DNA of 63,922 nt, counting the filler, from Octopus bimaculoides (Eukaryota): assembly GCF_001194135.2 (NCBI RefSeq). It is 5 parts of 5 records of this genome, joined end to end, with 100 filler letters (N's around TTAATTAATTAA, not from the genome) between each part and the next. Parts side by side here need not be neighbours in the genome. Positions count along the whole stretch, not along the records: positions 24,090 to 54,628 come from NC_069002.1; 4 more parts are not named here. One strand, written 5' to 3'. A model generated the notes under the pieces. That model did no database searches. It saw nothing but the letters and a program-made list of their open reading frames with translations, and had not been told where the DNA came from. A program made the translations under genes and the position numbers. Positions 40,391 through 53,410 of this stretch are shown here, one piece after another. Positions within the stretch are counted from its first letter, which is position 1; each line of letters starts with the position of its first letter.

Positions 40391-42249
40391 TCAAAAGACT
40401 GTACTTGAGAGCATGTGTGTGTGAGTGGGTGAGAGAGAGTGTATGTGTGTGTGTGAGTGAGGAGAGAGAGAGAGAGAGAGTGTGTGTGTGTGTGTGTGAG
40501 TGAGAGAGAGTGAGTGAGTAAGAGAGAGTGTGTGTATGTACATGTATACACACAAATGCATACACAAATAATATATACAGAGAGGAATGCACACACATAG
40601 ACACATACATACACACACACACACCCATACATAAAAATAAATGATAGTGCTCCAGCATGGTCACAGCCTTTGGGCTGGAACCCATAAAGGAAATAAAAAC
40701 AATTATATAAATATACACGTGAATAAATATACATAAAATATGCATATATACATAAATATACATACATGCATTATACATACATATGGCCTGTGCTAGTTCC
40801 ACATCATCAGTTTAATGATCACTTTTGGGCTGGCATAATTTATACATACATTTATACATCCATACATGTAGATGTGTGTGTGTGTGTGTGACTATAATCA
40901 GGCATAATCGAGCATGTATTCATATAGATATCTCTAGTAATAAATACACATATACATACATGCCCACGTTTGTGTGCACGCAGAATTGTGTGTGCATGCA
41001 TGTGTGTGTGTATATAATATAGATACACACACACACACATATATATATATATATGTATAAACACACACACATATGTATGTGTAGATAGATAGATATTTAG
41101 ATAGGTAGATCGACGGATAAATAGATATATAAACACGCACACATGTATACACATATATTGAGACATGCACACATATTTATACTGAAACGCAAATGTGAGT
41201 GTGCATGTGTGAGTGTATGTTTATATATATAAGAGAGAGATGGATGGGTAGATAGATAGACAGAGAAATAGATAAGAGGCTTGATATATATATATATATA
41301 TATCAGTACATACATTAATAAATCATATATATATATATATGTATGTATGTATGCTGTATACACACATATACCTCATCAACTATAACCACCTTGTTAAATC
41401 TAATGATGTTGAGGTAGTTGTACTGGTGGATGTGGNNNNNNNNNNNNNNNNNNNNNNNNNNNNNNNNNNNNNNNNNNNNNNNNNNNNNNNNNNNNNNNNN
41501 NNNNNNNNNNNNNNNNNNNNNNNNNNNNNNNNNNNNNNNNNNNNNNNNNNNNNNNNNNNNNNNNNNNNNNNNNNNNNNNNNNNNNNNNNNNNNNNNNNNN
41601 NNNNNNNNNNNNNNNNNNNNNNNNNNNNNNNNNNNNNNNNNNNNNNNNNNNNNNNNNNNNNNNNNNNNNNNNNNNNNNNNNNNNNNNNNNNNNNNNNNNN
41701 NNNNNNNNNNNNNNNNNNNNNNNNNNNNNNNNNNNNNNNNNNNNNNNNNNNNNNNNNNNNNNNNNNNNNNNNNNNNNNNNNNNNNNNNNNNNNNNNNNNN
41801 NNNNNNNNNNNNNNNNNNNNNNNNNNNNNNNNNNNNNNNNNNNNNNNNNNNNNNNNNNNNNNNNNNNNNNNNNNNNNNCAGCTCCTTCCTATTGCGAACC
41901 CCCACCATCGACAGTACCACCTCCACTTTCACCCTATGGAAAGGGTGCGGGTGGAACTCTTGCCACACCTCTTCTGTACCCTATGACCCCTACAAACATT
42001 ACCTCCACCCCACCTTTCCCACTACAACTCCCAGAATCTCCTTCTGGGAGCTTCTACATATTTGTTGTTGCTTCTACTGTTTAACCCCAGGTCAGTCCTG
42101 ATCGAGTCGAACAAAGCTACGATCAAAGGTATTCCAGCCATGATCGTCCCGATTGATTTTCCCATGTGTGCAGGAAACCCAATACATTATTCAAGGAGTC
42201 CTTTTCAAATGCAATATGAAGTCATTTGAGGAAAATTAGCTTGCTACCA

Positions 42250-42490
42250 GATCAACTCCAGTACGCAACTGGTACTTAATTTATCGACCCTGAAAGGATG
42301 AAAGGCAAAGTTGACCTTGGCAGAATTTGAACTCAAAATGTAAACCTAGACCGATATATATTCTTTTCTACTCTAGGCACATGGTCCGAAATTTGTGGGG
42401 TGGGGGCCAGTCGATTAAATTGACCCCAGTATGAAAGGCAAAAATCGACCTCAGTGGAATTTGAACTCAGAACGTAAAGACAGACAACAA
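42250..42490 (-). mobile_element. Two partial SINE A copies
   Basis: Repeated ggcaaa...gacct..g.ggaatttgaactca.aa.gtaaa. Confidence 0.8.
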
Positions 42491-42719
42491 TAAAAGTATA
42501 TTACAATGCCTAATCACTACAAACATTAACGAGTGTTTCATGAAATGATTCAATTTAAATGACATCGTTCAGGTGTCAGTAATTGCTGTACATGTCCTGG
42601 TTACCTTCTGATTAATTACAAAAAAGGTAAAGACATAATAAGCGACACTGTCACTTGACCTTTTACTGATGACCTTTCTAATGTTTTCTGCAAATACAGA
42701 TAAATTTTGGCCACCGTTA

Positions 42720-42900
42720 TCTTTCATCTTTTATTTGCTTCAGCCATTAGGCTGAGGCCACAATGGAGCACTGCCTTGGATAATTTTTAGTCAGACGTAG
42801 CAACCCCAGCACTTACTTTTGTTTTTTAAAGTCTGGTACTCATTCTATTGGTCTCCTTTGCTGAACCACTAAGTTATGGTAACGTAAACACACCAACACA
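42720..42900 (-). mobile_element. SINE family B 3' part
   Basis: Consensus match. Confidence 0.8.
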
Positions 42901-43015
42901 GACACAAATAAAAAAGAAGATACACATACATATATATACTTATATAGATATATATACAAGTATATATATATACATACATATATTTATTTATTGTTTTTAA
43001 ACAAGAATGTTGTCG

Positions 43016-43060
43016 ACAGTGACTTTGAAGTTTCGGCTAGCTGACCCATCACCAGACTGC
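43016..43060 (-). ncRNA. Hammerhead-like motif (A6G variant) inside an inverted-repeat element spanning about 42994-43113
   Basis: gcagu-CUGGUGA-U-GGGU cagcu AGCC-GAAA-C uucaaa G-UC^-acugu. Stem I is 5 bp, stem II has 3 of 4 pairs, and the cleavage triplet is GUC. Confidence 0.6.
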
Positions 43061-43799
43061 TGCCTTGGATAGTTGAAACTTCAGTCACAATTAACAACAA
43101 GCTTGTTTAAAAATGATAAATTTGCACTCTGCAAAAGTATAGAGTGACCCGTCGGATTAATGTAAAACTGTTTTTATTACAACTGAACATAAAAACAAAC
43201 ATTAATATATATAGATGCATATATATATATACAAACACACATATATATATTCTCACAAATATGCATTCATATCCTATAGCATATAATCCAGTTAAATTAA
43301 AATTTCAGTGACGTTATAAAATATGATATGTTATACCATGTTACTAAGGAGATAGGGGTTTTCTAACACGAAAATAGCTAAGACATTCCTGCCAAGATTG
43401 AGAATGTACATAATCCGCAAGGGAAAACGGATTAACTACTCTAAGTATTAAGAAGATAGAAAAGTGTGAAAATATATACGAACATTCTTGTATTTCTCTT
43501 TTTATTAATTGAAAATGTTAATTACAAGTGTTAGTACTTGCAGAATTATATGCATAATTGCTTGCATATGTATACAATATATATGTATAGATCTATCTAT
43601 CCATCTATCTATCTATATATATATAAATAAATACATACACGCATATATGGGTACAGGACGTCACCAACGATGCAAATAACATGAAATACATAAACAACAA
43701 GAAAAAATGGAAAACAGGACAAGTAAACAGAGAGAAAGGACCCTTCATCAGTTGTTGGCTGTCTATCTACTCATTTTGAATGTACATGCACATACATAC

Positions 43800-43975
43800 A
43801 CATCATCATCATCATCGTTTAACGTCCGCTTTCCATGCTAGCATGGGTTGGACGATTTGACTGAGGACTGGTGAACCAGATGGCTACACCAGGCTCCAAT
43901 CTGATTTGGCAGAGTTTCTACAGCTGGATGCCCTTCCTAATATCAACCACTCCATGAGTGCAGTGGATGCTTTTT
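43800..43975 (+). mobile_element. Interspersed repeat family E (gtttaacgtccgctttccatgctagcatgggttggacg); other copies at about 29310-29435, 39995-40100 and 45040-45170 on minus
   Basis: Four mutually similar copies, each adjacent to (CAT)n. Confidence 0.8.
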
Positions 43976-44667
43976 AAATTTTGTAAATACAATTCCTAAA
44001 AATATATAATGGGATTTTTAAAAACTTCAAATGGTTATGGGGGTCAAGAAGAGTATAATAGGAATCAAAGAGATCCACAGACAAAATTGGTCGAGAACTG
44101 CTGATCCATAGCATTGTGGGCAGAGCACGTCGTCTCGACATGCAGTCACTTTCATTGTTGCATTTGAGCTGAGAATGGTTTTGTTGTATAGCTGGTTACT
44201 TTGATGTATTCAGTCAATTACATCTGCAGTTTTACTAAGCGCAGGTGGTTGTTTCTTTTATTTTTGCCTGTGCTTTTGTTTCTTTCTTGTCTTGTTTTGT
44301 TGTTCATAGTTGCTTGGTGCACCCTGCGTACACTCGCATACACACACACATTTTATGATTAACTGTAAGCAAATGAAGCTGATGATATAATCCTTGTTTC
44401 TTTCCCATTCAATAATATATGTATACATATACACACACACACAGATAATGCTAAACTATAGACACACACACACACACACACACAGATAATGCTAAACTAT
44501 AGACACACACACACACACACACACACACAGATATATGCCTACACATGTGTGAGACACAGTTCACTGTTTTGTGCAAATAACTCCAATTAAGAGCTAACTT
44601 GTAGCGTGATAACTTGCACATTCAATGCTAGGACTGCAAACCTGATGTAACATGATGATGATGATGA

Positions 44668-44723
<56 letters not shown>

Positions 44724-46134
44724 CTGTCTGCATGTGTAGGTCTATATAGCTATATAGATGTGTATCTGTGTGTGTGTGTGTATGTTTTCTTGTCTTGAAT
44801 CGTGTGATAGTTGTATATGAGCGTCCTTTTTTTTCCTGTTTGTTCAGATCTCGGTATATCTAGGACACATCACACGATGTATTCTTGCTTTCTTTTTCCT
44901 TCTTTTAGTTAAGACAGACGGGTGTGACCTGGCGGGGTGTACTATCTGATATTTCTAGCAATTCACGAATCAACTGGATTATTTCCACATCACCACTGCC
45001 ACGTCGAATATTCCGTGGAAACATGTCTAGCCACAAAGAAGTTTTACCTTGGTTGGAAACAGGTGAAGGTTGGTGACAGGACGGACACCCGGCCGTAGAG
45101 AACCCGCCCCCAATAAATCCTGTGCAACCCATGCAAGCATGGAAAAGTGGACATTAAAACGATGACGGTGAGACACACACACACACACATAAACGCGCGC
45201 GCGCACACTGCTAAATTTAATGACTATATAGAAAGACAAGGAAGGAGATGAGAAATAATGATGGAAATACAGAACGAAAGAAAAAATAAAGGTTAAGAAG
45301 GAGGAATAGCTGATCAGAAAGTGAGAGTACCATTTCGTACACAGTATTCTTCTAGCAACATCCACTTCCATCACCCTAAGACAGGAACCGCGTAGAACCA
45401 GCATACGCATGTTGTTTGTTTAGTCCCGAATCAGCTCTGAGCAAACAGACCGATGATTTTAGACAATCTAGCCATGACCATTACATCTCGCTTCTTCCCA
45501 CTTTTTTTTTTCTTTTTGCTATTTGTTTAGACTTCAGTATATCTAGGACACATCATACGATATATTCTTCCTTTTCTTTTCCATCATTTTTTCTTCTTTA
45601 AGACAGAAGGATGCGACCTGGGGGTGTAAGATCTGATCATTTTAGCAATTCACCAATTCAATGGGTTATTCCCCCATCACCGCTTCACCAAAATCCCATC
45701 TCCTTCTTCAGTTAATTCGTTTGGTGATTTACTTTATGTTTAACACACGTAACGACCGCTAAACAAAAACAGAGAGATAGAAAGTGCGACAGGGTATATA
45801 TGAGAAAAATATACACGTGCTTCGTGGTGGAACCGCTGTAATAATGAAGAAGGGCTTTGGCAAACGTGTATATAGGACACAACTACCTGTTAACCTTCGT
45901 TATACACCAAAATATATATACATACACATTCGCATACAGATATGTATACGCACACTGACATCAGGCCAAACAATATATATATATATTTATAAAACTATCG
46001 TTTATACATATAATGTACTTTGAAAACGAGAGTAACCACGATTTAAGACACAGTACTGAATGTGCATTTCTATGCATCGAAAATTTATACACACGCGTAA
46101 GTATGTTGTTGTATAGCTCGCTTTCTCTCCCTAT

Positions 46135-46183
<49 letters not shown>

Positions 46184-47023
46184 NNNNNNNNNNNNNNNNN
46201 NNNNNNNNNNNNNNNNNNNNNNNNNNNNNNNNNNNNNNNNNNNNNNNNNNNNNNNNNNNNNNNNNNNNNNNNNNNNNNNNNNNNNNNNNNNNNNNNNNNN
46301 NNNNNNNNNNNNNNNNNNNNNNNNNNNNNNNNNNNNNNNNNNNNNNNNNNNNNNNNNNNNNNNNNNNNNNNNNNNNNNNNNNNNNNNNNNNNNNNNNNNN
46401 NNNNNNNNNNNNNNNNNNNNNNNNNNNNNNNNNNNNNNNNNNNNNNNNNNNNNNNNNNNNNNNNNNNNNNNNNNNNNNNNNNNNNNNNNNNNNNNNNNNN
46501 NNNNNNNNNNNNNNNNNNNNNNNNNNNNNNNNNNNNNNNNNNNNNNNNNNNNNNNNNNNNNNNNNNNNNNNNNNNNNNNNNNNNNNNNNNNNNNNNNNNN
46601 NNNNNNNNNNNNNNNNNNNNNNNNNNNNNNNNNNNNNNNNNNNNNNNNNNNNNNNNNNNTATGTACATGTGTGTATATTATTAAACAACGCGGTGCGTGC
46701 AAAGTGAGATAAAAAATATAAAAACAATTTACGATCGGACATTATATATATATATATATATAATTCATATCATTACTTAACTAATTAAATCACATAGCTA
46801 TCAACTAAGACAACGACTACGACTACGAGTAATAATATAGCATTGTTATCACGATAAGTATTATTATTATTATTATTGTGATCGTTACTATCATAACTAT
46901 TATGATCATTGTTATTACCTTGAAGTTTCACGTAAATATTAGAAGACGATAATTTGTGTGAAGGAGAATTAGGATGGATGACACCTTTTCGTGTAATAAT
47001 GCGGCCGTTATAGTCTCTCGCAC

Positions 47024-47054
<31 letters not shown>

Positions 47055-47752
47055 GTGTGTGTGTATATGTATATATTGTTATTTTTCTGTTTTTCTTTTT
47101 GCTTTCAAAGAATGCTTCTTCCTCGTTTGTTCCGAAGTTAAACGAGGAAAGGAGGGAAAAAATTAATTTACAGATCCAGTTTCCGGGTTGACGCCAAAAA
47201 CTTGAAACAGTTCAATCGAAAATCCGAATTGTGAATGATGGAACAACGTAATTTATTCTTCGGGAAATTGATTGACACTTAAACTATTGTTAACCAAGAC
47301 AGCAACAACCACGAAAGTAGCGGAAGAAAGAATAAAAAGAGCGCTTGTTTTGTTTATTGTCACATCAATATTTAATTGTTTTTCTTACTCGTTGTGTTTA
47401 TTATTCGAATTTCGATCCGTATAAAGCATAGTTGTGAGTAATTATTTTTTTTTTTCTCGTTGTCATAAGGGATAAATTATATTTGGGTGGGGTCACCTTA
47501 CTTTAGATTTTCAGCTACTGCGGCTGGCTGAAAAAGCATAGACAAAACGCGGAGAAAAAACAAATAGTCCAACGTGTTTCGGTCTTATGTGGTCGGTCTC
47601 TTGAACTGCTAGAAATAACAACCTAATTTCCCTCAAATTACACATTCGATCGTCTTTAAACTGTTATGGCGGCGGTGGGGGTGTAAATCCGCAAAGACGA
47701 TATATTTCTTTTAGAACACATCCTCAAGGTATACCTCAACTTACGTCAACTG

Positions 47753-48070
47753 CAGGCATACCTCAACTTATGCCGTTCCGAGTTACGTCTTTTATTTACT
47801 TTACGTCATTTTTTGAAGAAATTAATGAGAAAAATAATAAACCCCAATTTCAGTCAATTAATCCCTTTTATCCTCTCGGCGAACAGATTTAATTAAAAAA
47901 AAAAGTAAACAAATAATCAGATACTGAAGTGAAAAAAAATCATAAAATAAATTAAATCAGATATATAAGCTAATAAATATGTTTTTTTTAATGTTTTTCG
48001 TGTTGCGTCATTTTCCGAGTTAAGTCGCAGGTTTTGGAACCAGCTACAGACGGAAGTTCAAGTATGTTTG
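47753..48070. mobile_element. Tigger/pogo-like MITE
   Basis: Starts CAGGCATACCTCAACTTA and ends AAGTTCAAGTATGTTTG|TA. Confidence 0.5.
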
Positions 48071-48099
48071 TATTTAAACAAAATATGCCAGTGAAAGTA

Positions 48100-48740
48100 A
48101 AAGGCGTTAGCATGCCGGACAAAATGCTTAACTGCATTTCGTCCGTCTTTACGTTCTGAGAGATCAAATCCCGCCGAGGTCGATTTTGCCTTTTAATGTT
48201 TCAGGGGTCGGTGAAATAAATACCAGTTGAGCACAGGGTTCGATGTAACAGACTTACCCCACAGCTCTGAAATTGCTGGCCCTCTGCCAAGATTTGAAAC
48301 TATTAAGTTAAGGTTCAATGTAGAGTCGTTGTATAGAAACCCCACGCATTATTTGTTCCGACTCAGTACGCTCTGAGTTCAAATCCTGCCGAGGTCGACA
48401 CTGTTTTCCTTCCTTTCAGAATCGATATATAAAAGTGTTGAGTTTCGAAATTTGCTGATTTCATAAGCACAGGTATAGGAACAAGGATCAAATAGCCGTA
48501 AACTGCGAATTTCTATCACTCCGTATATGTATGTGTGTGCGTGTGAGTGTGTGTGTTGATCGGATCAGCTGGAACCCTCGACGTCGTAAGCGACGGAGTA
48601 CCAACAACAACATCCTGTGTCTAAATTTCGCAAGGTTCGATTTTGCCCTTTATCCTTTCGGGGTCGATAAAATAAGTACCAGTTGAGCACTGTGATCAAC
48701 TCCGAAATTGCTGGCCTTGTATCAAAACCTGAAATCAATT
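48100..48740 (+). mobile_element. Cluster of three SINE A copies or fragments (48100-48305, 48365-48430, 48620-48740)
   Basis: Consensus matches. Confidence 0.8.
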
Positions 48741-49369
48741 TTTTTTTTTTTTTTGTCTAACGTCCTAACTATTCTCTGCTCTCACCGTTTTCGCTAAACA
48801 TTTCACATTAAATATTCCGACTCTATCAATAAAATATGATTTAATTATTATTTTTTCATCAATTTCATCTAATATTTCCATTAAATTTCTTTAAATATTT
48901 CTTGCTATTGAGCTGTCAGATAAATTTATTTATTTATTTCCAATGTTATTTGAATTAACACCAAAAACAATTTTGTTTTCATCATAGTGTTTTACGAGTC
49001 CCCCCCCCCCCCNNNNNNNNNNNNNNNNNNNNNNNNNNNNNNNNNNNNNNNNNNNTTTTTTTTTTTTTTGTCTTAGTAACTCTGTTTCTCCTCTGCAACA
49101 TTTGTTGATCGTTTTTGAAATTTGAATAAGCAGTAATGGGACAAAAGAATGGAGAAATTATTGCTTTTAAATCGAGTATATTTTTTTTAATATTAATTAT
49201 GCTTCTTAATTTTATGTTCGTCATTTACATGCTGGGATCGATAAGTTATCGACAACTCCATGAAGATCAATAATAAAACAAGTTTGCTCTACATACTGTG
49301 AAGTTGATGAACACTTCGACTGATCAAGCTGCAGGCCTTGCTCTCACGACAGCCCCACCATCATTCTAC

Positions 49370-49580
49370 TGCAGGCACAAGGCCTAGAATGTTGGGGAAA
49401 GCGAAATAATCGATTACATCGAACTCCATTGTTCAATTAGTACTTCATTTTATCATACTCAAATGAATAAAAAAAAACAACAAAGTCATCCTCGGCGGAA
49501 TTTGAGCTCAAAACATCAAGACTGACAGAGTGCTACTAAGCATTTTGTCCGGTGTGCTAACGTTTCTGCCAGCTTGCCGT
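49370..49580 (-). mobile_element. SINE family A
   Basis: Consensus match. Confidence 0.85.
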
Positions 49581-49734
49581 CAATAATAAATGCCAAAACG
49601 AATTTCTGTGTGTCAGTGTGTCACACAGTGCCCCCCCCCCTATCTCACTATTCAATGACACTTCTTCTACTCCTCTTGTTGGGAAGAGAGTAATAGGCAT
49701 AGAGACGGTGAGGGCGGTAGAGTAGATTGACAGT

Positions 49735-49850
49735 TGCAGAAGCTCTACAGGACATTCTATTCCAATCTCCTCCAACCATTTGTCTATGTCTTTGCTTACA
49801 GTTCCCAATGCACCATTAATTATAGGCACAACCTTTACAATTTTCATCCT
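49735..49850 (-). mobile_element. R4/Dong-like LINE fragment, endonuclease C-terminus
   Basis: MKIVKVVPIINGALGTVSKDIDKWLEEIGIECPVELLQ. Confidence 0.8.
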
Positions 49851-49881
49851 CATCATCATCACCATCATTATAATTATTATC

Positions 49882-50100
49882 AAGGTGGTTAACTGACAGA
49901 ATTTTTGGTACGTTCGGAGAAGTTGCCTAGCAACGTTTCTTCTGTCTCTTTACATTCTGACATCAAATGCCTCCGAGGTCAAATTTGCCTTTTCGCCGTC
50001 GATAATTTAAGTACCAGTTGAAAACTGGGGTCGATGTAATCGTCTTGTCTTTTACCTCAAAAATGGCTGACTTTGTACTAAAATTAGAAATAAATTATTT
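49882..50100 (+). mobile_element. SINE family A, degenerate
   Basis: Consensus match. Confidence 0.75.
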
Positions 50101-50243
50101 TTTATTGTCATTCTTGTTATTTTTCTTCTTCATCTTCGTTTTCATATAAGCACAAGGCTACAAGATTCTTGGACGCGAGACAGTGGTTTATATCGACCTC
50201 AGTAGATGGCTGGTACTTTATTTCATCGACTTCGGAAATGATA

Positions 50244-50545
50244 ATACGTCATGACAATGTGGCAAGAACGATCCATTGAGAACTGTCGAAAACACGGCCG
50301 GCAAAGAGCAATGACGTGGTATCAGCAAACCCCAGAAGGAGTCACCGAAAATGAGAATTGCAAAATTCTGTGGGATGCAATGATCCAGTACGATCACCTG
50401 ACCAGGCATCGGAAACTGGACATTGTTGTGGTGAATAAAAAACAAAGAACATGTATGATAATCGACGTAGCATGCCCCGGGGACAACAGGATCAATGTGA
50501 AAGAAGAAAAAATAAACATCTATAACGATTCGAAGAGGGAAATCC
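50244..50545 (+). mobile_element. R4/Dong-like LINE fragment, endonuclease domain
   Basis: RHDNVAR (frameshifted), WY..TPEGVTENENCKILWD, LDIVVVNKK..CMIIDVACPGD..KEEK..Y..KREI. Confidence 0.85.
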
Positions 50546-50755
50546 TTTCTATTAAAGGCACAAAGCCTGAAATTTTGCGGGAGGGGACTAGTCGATTACA
50601 TCGACCGCAGTGTTTCACTGGTACTTAATTTATCGACCCCGAAAGGATAAAAGTCAAAATCGACCTCGGCAGAATTTGAACTCAGAACGTAACGACAGGC
50701 GAAATACCCGCAAAGCATTTTGTCCGGCGCGCTAACGATTCTGCCAGCTCACCGC
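50545..50755 (-). mobile_element. SINE family A, young, lacking tail
   Basis: Near-consensus copy; its 3' end abuts the R4 fragment. Confidence 0.9.
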
Positions 50756-51194
50756 GTTTGCACTTCGATCAATGCCGTCACTTCTTTCTCCAAGCAATAT
50801 TTGAAGGAATGACCGAGGGATTTGGCCTGAAAGATGGAAAACTCCGTCCAGAAATCTCAATTAAACGAAAAACTACTACTAATAATAATAATAATTATTA
50901 TTAAATTGAAATTACCTTTTCTCGTTGACAGGTTGTAACGGAGAGAGTTGGTGTATGGTAACGGTTGTCCGCCATGGAAATGCTGTTCTCGTTGCTATTG
51001 TTGTTGTTGTTGTTGTTGTTGTTACAGCTACTGCTGCTGCTGCTGCTACTACTACTGCTGTTGCTGTTGTTATTGGAACCGGTTTGCACTAGGCGCGACA
51101 TATTTCGATCTGTTTGTAATGTAAATTAATAATTACTCGTGAACAGTTCAAGGGACAGCTGTAACACACATATATGACGAACAGTAGTAGTAGT

Positions 51195-51226
<32 letters not shown>

Positions 51227-51822
51227 TAGTAGTAGGGATCTATTCAATCTCAGTCACAGATTTTTTAATTGATTTTTGGGGATCAATTCAATCTTAGTCA
51301 CAGATTTTTTTTAAACAGTTTGAAACTTACCCAAATACCACAACTTTAATACGGAATAACTTCTAAAATACAAAATTTTGTCCCAACCGACAACACGAAG
51401 AGAGGGAGGGGGACTGGACACATGTACTTATCCACAAAACTTCTCTAATTATATGTATAGACACACGCACGCATACGTATAAACATACTTACTCACACAC
51501 ACACACACACACACATATTCTACACACACACGTAAACAATCAAGAAATCCCAGTGGAGGAAGTTTGCAAGCTTGAAGTATTGTATGCTGTCCACCAAAAG
51601 TGGACAGTATACAATAAGAAACACTTTATTGCCATCGACAGTTATACACTTTTTCCAATATCGAAGCTGCAAAGAAGTTCGATCCGCTGATAGTTTCTAT
51701 GCAGGTCATTGTCAACGACGAGCATATGCAGTTCGCATTTTCACTTGTTCCACTTCTTCAGTTTGGTACATACATACATACAATTATTGGAATAATTACT
51801 ATGAAGCATTGTGTAGAATATT

Positions 51823-52140
51823 TTGTATAAAGGATCGTGGGTAAGGCCAACACGACGTGAAGTAAATGCAAGGTAAATCACAAGAAAACAAATATGCGAA
51901 TTAACGTAGACTTACCTTGTATTCAATATTTCGGGGTTATGACCCCATTTTCAAGAAATTGACGAATGTTGCCGATGTGCCACTCTGTCGGCAACATTCG
52001 TCAATTTCTTGAAAATGGGATCATAACCCCGAAATATTGAATACAAGGTAAGTCTACGTTAATTCGCATATTTGTTTTCTTGTGATTTACCTTGCATTTA
52101 CTTCGCGTTGCTTTGGCCTTACCCACGATCCTTTATACAA
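51823..52140. repeat. 318-bp near-perfect palindrome: 153-bp arms, 12-nt loop
   Basis: 51823-51975 is the reverse complement of 51988-52140, with 5 mismatches by hand alignment. The loop is tgtgccactctg. Confidence 0.97.
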
Positions 52141-52619
52141 TATATACATACATATATCTATCCACGCATACATATATGCATGCTTGTATGCTACGGTTTT
52201 ACCGGTTTTTAAGCAGGACGTTTGGTTCTAGAATTAAGGGTTCTAGATTAGACCATTTCATCCCTTATACATATATAATCGAAACTACTTTACTCATAGG
52301 AAATTCAAGAGAACACACGATGAATTCGGGCAGGGGTGTCCAATGAGAGAAAGCTAGGGTATCTCCCGCTGATACTCTGAGCTTGTTGCCAATCGTTGTT
52401 GCCGGCTTGTTTGTTCGTTATTCGAGACACCGTTCGTCACCCGAAACGTTTTATATAGCTGCTGGGTCTGGCCCTTAATTTATTGTGTCCTATTCTATTA
52501 TAACACACGAATTGTGTCTAATGTCTTTATGGCTTAATAATGTCAGATAGTGAAAAGGTGAGGGGAGTGCCGTTGTTGAACAGGGCTTAGGGCATCTGTC
52601 GGCCTTAATCCGGACCGGG

Positions 52620-52657
52620 GATGATGTTAGCACTAATTGTGGTGGTTCTAGGAATGG

Positions 52658-52694
<37 letters not shown>

Positions 52695-52910
52695 AATATT
52701 AGTGGCAGCAGCAGTAGTAGTAGTAATGGTGGTGGTGGTGATGGTGGTGGCGATAGTAGTGGTCGTAGTAGTGGTGGTGTTAGCAGTAGTAGTAGTAGTA
52801 GTAGTAGTAGGACTGGTACTAATAGTGGTGATAGTGGCAGTAATAATTGAGATGGTGATGGTGGTGGCGGTAGGAGTAGTAGTGATGCTGCTAGTAGTAG
52901 TAGTAGTAGT

Positions 52911-52942
<32 letters not shown>

Positions 52943-52945
52943 AGT
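52620..52945. repeat. Compound (GAT)(GGT)(AGT)(AGC)n tract
   Basis: Seen directly. Confidence 0.93.
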
Positions 52946-53194
52946 CGTAAATTACAGTAAAAAGCTAAGGTGTGGGTAGATTCTTCCGCTCTACTTGACG
53001 TTCTCAATGAATGCTGAGAGAAAACAAAAACAATGAGAAACAATGGAAAGAAAGAAAGAAAGAAAGAAAGGGCAAGAATTAAGAACCGGTCGCAGTCGTC
53101 ATCGTCGTCGTCGATGTTTAACCCCGGGCCAGCCCTTATCCAGCAGAAAGATCTATGATTAAAAACGTCCCATTTCTTTTCTTATTCAGACATA

Positions 53195-53410
53195 TTACAA
53201 AATCTATATAATATTCCAGGTTCAATTCCACTGCGTGGCATCTTGGGAAAGTATCTTCTACTATAGCCTCGAGCCGACCAAAGCCTTGTGAGTGGATTTG
53301 GTAGACGGAAACTGAAAGAAGCCCGTCATGTGTGTGTGTGTGTGTGTACATATACATGCATGTATGTATTTGTGTGTCTGTGTTTGTCCCTCCCATCATC
53401 GCTTGACAAT
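53195..53410 (+). mobile_element. SINE family B, partial
   Basis: Consensus match. Confidence 0.88.

Noticed and set aside
43745-43751. CUGAUGA on minus (also CUGANGA at 3245, 12718, 36472 and 42666 on plus)
   Set aside because: There is no correctly placed stem II, GAAA and stem III-UH.
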